DNA from: a virus
Lineage: Duplodnaviria > Heunggongvirae > Uroviricota > Caudoviricetes
Strand: one strand, 5' to 3'
Virus record (IMG/VR): IMGVR_UViG_2529292920_000018
Location: 2,322-66,321 of that record
Length of the DNA: 64,000 bases
The translations under genes and the position numbers were made by a program. Each line of letters starts with the position of its first letter. Position 1 is the first letter of the stretch. The notes beneath the pieces were generated by a model. It did not search any database. It was not told the origin of the DNA and was given only the letters and a program-made list of their open reading frames with translations. Shown here piece after piece: positions 57,559 through 64,000 of the stretch.

Positions 57559-59840
57559 GTCCACTCCATTACTGTTGAGAATCCCGGCCACTCATCAGCG
57601 ACCGGATACGTGAATTTTTTCCCGTCATAATTTACGGTTGCCCCACGCGCCAGCGCCTCAAGCTCCCATCGCTGCGGCCTGATACCGTTCTGAGCAAGGT
57701 CAACGCGGATACGGGTAATTTGCATTCGTTCCGACCGGGTCAGTCTGGCCGATGGTGCCATTTCATGCGGTTTTAACGGGCTTCCGTTTCTTTGCTGGCG
57801 ATTTGGTGTTCTCAGGCCATGTTTTAATGCACCTCTGAGCGCCCTCACGACCTCCGGGTCATTCCATTCGATGACACCGTCATCAACCAGATTAAGCACT
57901 GCTGCGGCGTGCTCAGAAGGTGTGGGAGCTGGTAACGAAGTATCACCACCGGTGAGCTTTCCACAGTTATTGACAGGACTCCGAGGCGCGGCGATGCCGC
58001 TTTTTAAAGTCAAAGGCTCAACGACCGGAACTTTCGGCACAATGCGCCAGTCCGTCGTTCTGGTGATATGAATATGACGCGCGCCGAGATGCGGCGCGTA
58101 AATGCCGACCACTCTCTCGACTTCTTCCTCGTACTCGTTAACGTCATCCGACGGGCTACGGGCAACCCTGACAGTCTGACAATCGCGCGGGACATTTGCC
58201 CCACCCTGCGCGCTGATATACAACGCAAAATCACCACTGTCTGCGGCAGCGCGAGCAGCCTCGACGCGTTCGTCAAACTCATCAGCAATACTGACGCCGC
58301 GAGGCAATTTGCGTAGTTCACGGTAAGCCCCCATTGTCGGCAGTCCAACCGTTTTAAATTGCGGGATGCGCCACGTTGACGCCCATGCGGTAACAGCCGC
58401 GGCAGTATCTTTAAGCGGCTTACCGGTATCGTTATCGAGCTGACCATCCAGTGCATAGCCGTCGATATTTTTTGAAATGTATTTCGCGATATATCCCGCA
58501 GCACCGCCCCGGTTAAGGTGCTTTGCCTGAAAACGGTTTCGCGCTGCTCCTCTTTCGTCGCCATCCTCTTTGAGCGCATAGCGACGCATGATTTCAATAA
58601 TCTGGTTACGCTGGCGTGGATTACAAAAAAGCATCATATGCCAGTGCGGCGTTCCGTCGTGGTGTGGCTCAACGACACGCAAACCGTAGGCCTGTAAATC
58701 ATTATCCTTGAATGCCGTGCGCATCAGGCTCCAGATACGGCAGAGATAACGCTGCGCATCCTTTGGATTAAATGCCTCATGGTTCCAGCCGTGATTAAGC
58801 TGGACGGTTTTACTTTCGCCTTTTCCGACCTGACGTGTCGGGTGATACTTTGACGGCGCGGTCAGCGTGATAAACATCCCCACATCACCCTCTGCGGCGG
58901 CGTAACGCTCAATTCCGGCGATGGTGTTCATCAGCTCCATCCGGCGAATTTCTGGATTAGAAATACTGCCCATCACCTTACTGATAAGGTCGATGCGTTC
59001 GCCGGTTTCCCTGTTTTCAAGGTCACACGATTTAAGAAATTCCAGATTTGCCTGGCGGCGCGCACGCACATCACGAATAGCATGTTTACTGGCATAAGGT
59101 GAACGGTCTTTATTGACCTCCCCGACAGCAATCAGTAACGCCTCATGCCAACGCATACGCTGGCCTTTAAGCTGATGAGTCCACCACTCATCGTTAAACA
59201 GACGGGCAATGGCAGAATATGCCTGCCTCGTGGTCATCTGCCCTTTACGGTATTTTTTCCAGTAGAGAGGGGAAATATTGAAAGCACGTGCAGCGCCAGC
59301 AACATGACCATACAGGTGAGCCTGCGCCTCATCCGTAAACAGCGATTCTTTTTCGCCATGCGCATCCACCCAGGCATCGCAGAGTTCCTCATACATCATG
59401 AAAAGCTGCGATGAGATACGGGCGGCAAACTTTTTCAGCTCCTTGTCATTCATTCCCGGCAGGCGTGCATAGTGGTCACGCTCTGCCAAAAACAGCAACG
59501 ACGCGTCGGTGTTCATTTCATGGCGCTGATTCACACGCTCAATACGCGGCCATAAACGACGCTGAAAAGTGGATGTGAGGAAATAAAACCCGTGCACCGG
59601 GCTTTTATTGCGCCGGATGTAGTCATAGCGTGAAGTAAACAGCGAGCGCAAAAAATAAGGCAGGCGATTTATCGTGGATAAAACACCTTGCACCTGACGC
59701 ATCTCGTCACGTGTAAGGGGTCTTTCGCGCCCGACGGCCTCGCGTGGCGCGTTCCATGCATAAGCACCGGTAAACGCCTTACCGGTGCCTGCAGCAAATG
59801 CTGAAGGAGGGACAAAACGCCCGGAGGCTTTAACGGCCAT
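57555..59840 (-). CDS. A: replication initiation protein A (rolling-circle)
   Basis: 761 aa from ATG 59840 (MAVKASGRFVPPSAF...), very close to P2 gpA as recalled. Confidence 0.85.
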   Translation of the reverse strand: MAVKASGRFVPPSAFAAGTGKAFTGAYAWNAPREAVGRERPLTRDEMRQVQGVLSTINRLPYFLRSLFTSRYDYIRRNKSPVHGFYFLTSTFQRRLWPRIERVNQRHEMNTDASLLFLAERDHYARLPGMNDKELKKFAARISSQLFMMYEELCDAWVDAHGEKESLFTDEAQAHLYGHVAGAARAFNISPLYWKKYRKGQMTTRQAYSAIARLFNDEWWTHQLKGQRMRWHEALLIAVGEVNKDRSPYASKHAIRDVRARRQANLEFLKSCDLENRETGERIDLISKVMGSISNPEIRRMELMNTIAGIERYAAAEGDVGMFITLTAPSKYHPTRQVGKGESKTVQLNHGWNHEAFNPKDAQRYLCRIWSLMRTAFKDNDLQAYGLRVVEPHHDGTPHWHMMLFCNPRQRNQIIEIMRRYALKEDGDERGAARNRFQAKHLNRGGAAGYIAKYISKNIDGYALDGQLDNDTGKPLKDTAAAVTAWASTWRIPQFKTVGLPTMGAYRELRKLPRGVSIADEFDERVEAARAAADSGDFALYISAQGGANVPRDCQTVRVARSPSDDVNEYEEEVERVVGIYAPHLGARHIHITRTTDWRIVPKVPVVEPLTLKSGIAAPRSPVNNCGKLTGGDTSLPAPTPSEHAAAVLNLVDDGVIEWNDPEVVRALRGALKHGLRTPNRQQRNGSPLKPHEMAPSARLTRSERMQITRIRVDLAQNGIRPQRWELEALARGATVNYDGKKFTYPVADEWPGFSTVMEWT

Positions 59841-60105
59841 ATGAGCCAAAAGCCTCTGAACAACGCCTGCTGAGTTGCTCAACCTGCGCGTTTAAATCAG
59901 CAAAAGACTTTGCGCTTCCGGTCAGAATATCGTGATGCATCAGGCCGGAAACGAGCTGGCTTAATTTCGGATAATAACCAACCACTGCCAGCCATTCCTG
60001 ACCGGCGTTTTTACCGCTTTCCGCTCTCTTTTTCTCGTGGAGAATAAACTGAAAGCTGTCACTGGTAACGACATAACGTTCGCCAATTTCAATACGAATA
60101 CTCAT
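59830..60105 (-). CDS. hypothetical P2-type early protein
   Basis: 91-aa ORF upstream of A. Confidence 0.5.
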   Translation of the reverse strand: MSIRIEIGERYVVTSDSFQFILHEKKRAESGKNAGQEWLAVVGYYPKLSQLVSGLMHHDILTGSAKSFADLNAQVEQLSRRCSEAFGSYGR

Positions 60106-60326
60106 GCCGTTCTCCGGTAATGTTTGTTTTTTGCTTCAAAGACTGACTGGCAGGAAACACAACGCGTGGCTGACGGATAAGCCGCACGACGGGCAGCAGG
60201 TATTGGCGCGTCACACTCTTCGCAAACCAGCGCAGAAGCACCGCAATGTTTTACCCTTGCCGCGTTAATCTGACGCTCCAGTAATTCAGCCTGTTGTTCC
60301 TGAATAAAATCTACGTTGTCCGGCAT
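60102..60326 (-). CDS. TraR/DksA-family C4 zinc-finger protein
   Basis: CxxC...CxxC motif HCGASALVCEECDAPIP...RCVSCQ. Confidence 0.65.
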   Translation of the reverse strand: MPDNVDFIQEQQAELLERQINAARVKHCGASALVCEECDAPIPAARRAAYPSATRCVSCQSVFEAKNKHYRRTA

Positions 60327-60631
60327 TACCAGCTCCTTTTGTCGTTAAGTTTTTTAAATTCATCAGCGCAATAGCTGGCAATTTCTGTCGTTAATTTCGT
60401 CAGTTCATCCACGGAGGAGATTTGCTTGTGAAATACAGCGCGTTTAACAAGTAAATTGACCACATCAGACAGGAGGTTTAATTCATTCTGATAAATCGCG
60501 ATAACAGATTCAGTGATGTCGCGTTTTTCTTTATCAAGACAAAGTTGAATAAGAGACAAATCGCCATTTTTCATAACGGCGATTTTTAAGGCGTTATTCA
60601 GTAATACAACTGAATGAGAACAGGACATCAA
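60326..60631 (-). CDS. hypothetical early protein
   Basis: 101-aa ORF, overlapping stop/start with neighbours. Confidence 0.45.
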   Translation of the reverse strand: MMSCSHSVVLLNNALKIAVMKNGDLSLIQLCLDKEKRDITESVIAIYQNELNLLSDVVNLLVKRAVFHKQISSVDELTKLTTEIASYCADEFKKLNDKRSW

Positions 60632-60852
60632 AGCACCTCCCCGCGAGACAATCCGATATTGTGAAATTTTTCCGACTCCTGACTGAGCAGCTCGACTATC
60701 TCCACGCGGGATAACTCCGCCTTTGTGATGTGGCGAATCATGGTGTCAAGATGAGAAGAAAAGCGCGTCGCAGCGTCAGCCTGTGCTTCGGTTCTGGCCT
60801 GTTGCAGCAGTAATGCGTATTTACCGCACTGATTTTCAGAAACTGTATGCAT
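60628..60852 (-). CDS. hypothetical early protein
   Basis: 74-aa ORF. Confidence 0.45.
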   Translation of the reverse strand: MHTVSENQCGKYALLLQQARTEAQADAATRFSSHLDTMIRHITKAELSRVEIVELLSQESEKFHNIGLSRGEVL

Positions 60853-60915
60853 GACTTTCTCCAGGCAAAAAGAAGCCCCGCACGATTAAGTGCGTTAAAA
60901 ACTCTGGTTAATTAT

Positions 60916-61416
60916 TTAATGCAGATATTGCTCTGGTTTTACCGACGTCAGAATTGTCGGTGCATACTCAAACAGGCTGAATAATTCACGTAATGCACGG
61001 AATAAAGCATCACGCCAGTAACATGATTCTTCATTAATTCGCCAGTATGGCTGGTTGAATTCTTTTTCAGTCAATCCGGCATGCATAAATAAAGTACGAC
61101 GCTGACTGACTGTTAAAAAACTAATATATGCATACTCACTTGCGCCAACCTGACGGCGTTTTGAGAATGCCCCACGCAATTCATCAATTGCACAAACCAG
61201 CCGTTCACGTTCGACGTCGTTCATTTCTTCAAAACGCATCGTTGCGTGACGCTGTTTTAACTGCGCATGGAAGCAAACCGTTAACCGTTCGCGCTCCATC
61301 ATCTGATTATAATAATCACATGTATCCTGCCAGCGAGGAACGGCAAGATGCTTACCAATTATCCGGCGCATAGCTGCTGGCTGTTTTTCAACGAGATTGA
61401 GCGTCATCACTGTCAT
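60916..61416 (-). CDS. B: replication protein B
   Basis: 166-aa ORF after cox as in P2. Confidence 0.75.
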   Translation of the reverse strand: MTVMTLNLVEKQPAAMRRIIGKHLAVPRWQDTCDYYNQMMERERLTVCFHAQLKQRHATMRFEEMNDVERERLVCAIDELRGAFSKRRQVGASEYAYISFLTVSQRRTLFMHAGLTEKEFNQPYWRINEESCYWRDALFRALRELFSLFEYAPTILTSVKPEQYLH

Positions 61417-61607
61417 TTCCAGACCCTCCGGCTTTTCAGAAAGGTCAGAGCCTTTTTTAACGGACTCTGTTTTTTGGTGCGGATAATGATTCCCTTACGC
61501 CCCTTACCGTGGGTGATGGTGAAGTCAATCGCCCTGGGGCTTTCGTTACGCAATAACTGAGCAATACAACGAGGCTCATTCATACGGTTCTCCTTAACGT
61601 GGTTCAC
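61413..61607 (-). CDS. hypothetical small basic protein
   Basis: 64-aa ORF between cox and B. Confidence 0.35.
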   Translation of the reverse strand: MNHVKENRMNEPRCIAQLLRNESPRAIDFTITHGKGRKGIIIRTKKQSPLKKALTFLKSRRVWK

Positions 61608-61869
61608 CGAGACCTAACCACATCAACCAGCCGTCACGAATCTCTTTAGGACGGCTTTCATAAGCCAGTTTTAGTCCGTTATTCCATGCCGGAAGGTATA
61701 CCCAATATTCACCAGCACGCCCCGATACTGACTGAGGGTCAGTAATCTCAATAACTGGTAATTTCCCTTTCTCAATCATGCCCCTTACAGCTCTTGGAGT
61801 TTTACCAATGAGTTTTGCAAACTCCTGATAAGGCACGGCATCAGTCACGCTTACAAGCTGTCTATTCAT
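61594..61869 (-). CDS. cox: Cox excisionase/regulator
   Basis: C-terminal ...GRAGEYWVYLPAWNNGLKLAYESRPKEIRDGWLMWLGLGEPR as in P2 Cox; divergent from C. Confidence 0.8.
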   Translation of the reverse strand: MNRQLVSVTDAVPYQEFAKLIGKTPRAVRGMIEKGKLPVIEITDPQSVSGRAGEYWVYLPAWNNGLKLAYESRPKEIRDGWLMWLGLGEPR

Positions 61870-61990
61870 CTGCTACGATTCTCCCTTAGTGCTTCTAATG
61901 GCTCCTAATGGCTAATTATTGCCTAAAAGGATAACTCCAGAAGCACAATATTTCACACTATCAGCAAGAAATTACGCAATCGGAGTAATT

Positions 61991-62290
61991 ATGTCAATAG
62001 ACGTTTCGGAGAAGTTGAAGCTAATCCGTGAATCTGAAAGGTTAAACCGTAAAGAATTCAGTGAATTAACTGGTGTAGCCTACAGCTCACTTTCGAGCTA
62101 TGAGAGCCGGTCAAAAAACGCTGGAGTTGAAGCCATAATGAAGGTCTTACAACATCCCAGATTTACTAAATATACTTTGTGGTTCATGACTGATCAGGTA
62201 GCTCCAGAAGCCGGGCAAATTGCGCCCGCTCTCGCACACTTTGGGCAAAACGAAACAACGTCGCCCCACTCCGGTCAAAAGACTGGTTAA
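61991..62290 (+). CDS. C: immunity repressor C
   Basis: 99 aa from ATG 61991 with GGAG RBS; C-terminus ...FTKYTLWFMTDQVAPEAGQIAPALAHFGQNETTSPHSGQKTG P2 C-like, N-terminal half divergent. Confidence 0.8.
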   Translation: MSIDVSEKLKLIRESERLNRKEFSELTGVAYSSLSSYESRSKNAGVEAIMKVLQHPRFTKYTLWFMTDQVAPEAGQIAPALAHFGQNETTSPHSGQKTG

Positions 62291-62404
62291 CAATCTATCG
62301 TGAATATATTCATCACAAGTGCCTACTATTGGTGGCTAAATTTCAGCCACCACGAAAAAAGCGATTAGTAGTAGCAAAAAAAGTACCACTCGGAGGGTTT
62401 TCTG

Positions 62405-63418
62405 ATGGCAATCAAAAAACTCGATGATGGTCGATATGAAGTGGACATCCGCCCTACTGGACGTAACGGAAAACGCATCCGTAGGAAGTTTGATAAGAAA
62501 AGCGAAGCTGTCGCTTTCGAAAAATACACGTTGTACAACCACCACAATAAAGAATGGCTATCAAAACCAACAGACAAACGACGTCTGTCGGAACTGACAC
62601 AGATCTGGTGGGATTTAAAGGGTAAACACGAAGAGCATGGGAAATCTAATCTTGGAAAAATTGAAATCTTCACAAAAATAACGAATGACCCATGCGCATT
62701 TCAAATCACGAAATCCCTTATCAGCCAGTACTGCGCCACCCGAAGAAGTCAGGGTATTAAACCTTCGAGTATCAATCGTGATTTAACATGTATTAGCGGC
62801 ATGTTTACAGCCCTGATTGAAGCGGAGTTATTCTTTGGTGAGCACCCTATCAGAGGGACAAAGAGGCTTAAGGAGGAAAAACCAGAAACAGGCTATCTCA
62901 CACAGGAAGAAATTGCCTTACTGCTTGCAGCACTTGACGGCGACAATAAAAAGATTGCGATTCTTTGCCTGAGTACAGGAGCACGTTGGGGAGAAGCAGC
63001 TCGTTTGAAAGCAGAAAATATCATCCATAACCGCGTCACGTTTGTTAAAACGAAAACAAACAAACCACGCACCGTCCCGATCTCAGAGGCTGTTGCCAAA
63101 ATGATCGCGGATAACAAACGAGGTTTTTTATTCCCTGATGCTGATTACCCTCGCTTCAGACGAACAATGAAAGCAATAAAACCGGATTTGCCAACGGGGC
63201 AAGCCACACATGCACTAAGGCACAGCTTTGCCACTCATTTCATGATTAATGGAGGAAGTATTATCACACTACAACGGATACTAGGTCACACGCGGATTGA
63301 GCAAACTATGGTTTACGCTCATTTTGCGCCAGAGTACCTTCAGGACGCCATTTCTCTTAATCCGCTAAGAGGTGGTACTGAAGCCGAGAGTGTCCACACA
63401 GTGTCCACAGTAGAGTAA
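62405..63418 (+). CDS. int: tyrosine integrase
   Basis: 337-aa ORF with RHSFATH and HTRIEQTMVYAH catalytic motifs. Confidence 0.9.
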   Translation: MAIKKLDDGRYEVDIRPTGRNGKRIRRKFDKKSEAVAFEKYTLYNHHNKEWLSKPTDKRRLSELTQIWWDLKGKHEEHGKSNLGKIEIFTKITNDPCAFQITKSLISQYCATRRSQGIKPSSINRDLTCISGMFTALIEAELFFGEHPIRGTKRLKEEKPETGYLTQEEIALLLAALDGDNKKIAILCLSTGARWGEAARLKAENIIHNRVTFVKTKTNKPRTVPISEAVAKMIADNKRGFLFPDADYPRFRRTMKAIKPDLPTGQATHALRHSFATHFMINGGSIITLQRILGHTRIEQTMVYAHFAPEYLQDAISLNPLRGGTEAESVHTVSTVE

Positions 63419-63497
63419 CGTTTAAGGGCTTTCAGTGGTAATTTATGCCGCTCAAACCCGCATTGTACCGTTGAAAGCCCCTACTGGTGACACCCTA

Positions 63498-63524
63498 AAT
63501 CTCCCTTACACGGGCTTATTTTTT
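63498..63524. other. att: attachment-site core, P2 type (prophage/host junction)
   Basis: Reverse complement reads AAAAAATAAGCCCGTGTAAGGGAGATT, matching the P2 att core as I recall it; ~80 bp downstream of int. Confidence 0.55.
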
Positions 63525-63682
63525 ATGCATAAGCCCTATCCCTGGTCACCGTCTTCCATTGACCACATCGATAGAATCCTCCTTCATAGCACGATGCCTT
63601 TTACTTATCGACATCGTACTCGCACAGGTTCCGGTTACGCACAGCCAGAACGCGCATGTTTGACGCTTACCAAAAAATATTC

Positions 63683-64000
63683 TCACTCTCCACATTTGAA
63701 TGTCAGACGAGCGACGCCATGTAATCCTGCACCTTCTGTCTTCAGGTCAACTATCTGCATTTTTTTGCCCTGAGTAACACAGAAATGAGTTGCATCATTT
63801 TTTACTATATTTTCTGCACCAGATATTCTACCCTTGGCTAAAGAAGCTTCGGCTTCGGTGTAGTATTGGTTATCGAGTTTACGCTGAATATTACTTTTAT
63901 ATGCAAGGCCAAAATTACCGATACTTGTCTCATCATTATGCACAGCACAACCAGACATAAGAAAAACACTAATTAATGATATAGCAGCTATCTTTTTCAC
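63683..64000 (-). CDS. host lipoprotein, start at or beyond the window edge
   Basis: Signal peptide with lipobox LMSGC; outside the prophage. Confidence 0.45.
   Translation of the reverse strand: MKKIAAISLISVFLMSGCAVHNDETSIGNFGLAYKSNIQRKLDNQYYTEAEASLAKGRISGAENIVKNDATHFCVTQGKKMQIVDLKTEGAGLHGVARLTFKCGE

Noticed and set aside
62336-62673. Minus-strand ORFs of 69 and 102 aa overlapping the integrase start
   Set aside because: They are antisense to int and the C/int intergenic region, AT-rich with no RBS; likely spurious.
63420-63682. A tRNA gene at the P2-like attachment site
   Set aside because: No cloverleaf-compatible sequence or conserved T-loop motif was seen; the att core appears to lie in non-tRNA DNA.

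Overview
The window is almost entirely prophage DNA and appears to hold two nested temperate phages in an enterobacterial-type genome. No database search was possible; all family calls rest on recognisable protein motifs, gene order and a few sequence signatures recalled from memory. (1) 1..~33,704 is a Mu-like transposable prophage with a BcepMu-type layout: tail, head and lysis genes run leftward on the minus strand (tail fibre start at 235 out past the window edge to holin at 21,966), followed by a small cargo block with a Dam methylase (22,097..24,374), a repressor (24,491..24,847, minus) and a rightward early operon (ner, DDE transposase, B-type ATPase, gam, gemA, mor; 24,941..33,542). 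(2) ~33,705..63,524 is a P2-like prophage: a truncated gpD, U, T, E/E', FII, FI, a Hin/Gin-family invertase with an invertible tail-fibre segment, G, H, I, J, W, V, S, R, lysC/B/A, K, Y, X, L, M, N, O on the minus strand; P and Q on the plus strand; a P2-type cos sequence; an AT-rich cargo block; then A, B, cox, C, int and a P2-type att core at 63,498..63,524. Host DNA starts after that with a partial lipoprotein gene. The Mu-like element appears to have transposed into gene D of the P2-like prophage. The best candidate for an undescribed system is the AT-rich two-gene membrane-protein cassette at 55,050..56,673, which sits in the P2 tin/old position known as an anti-phage defence hotspot; secondary candidates are an ASCH-like protein with an HExxH motif next to gene A and a P-loop cargo gene in the Mu-like element. 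No rRNA, tRNA or CRISPR array was seen.
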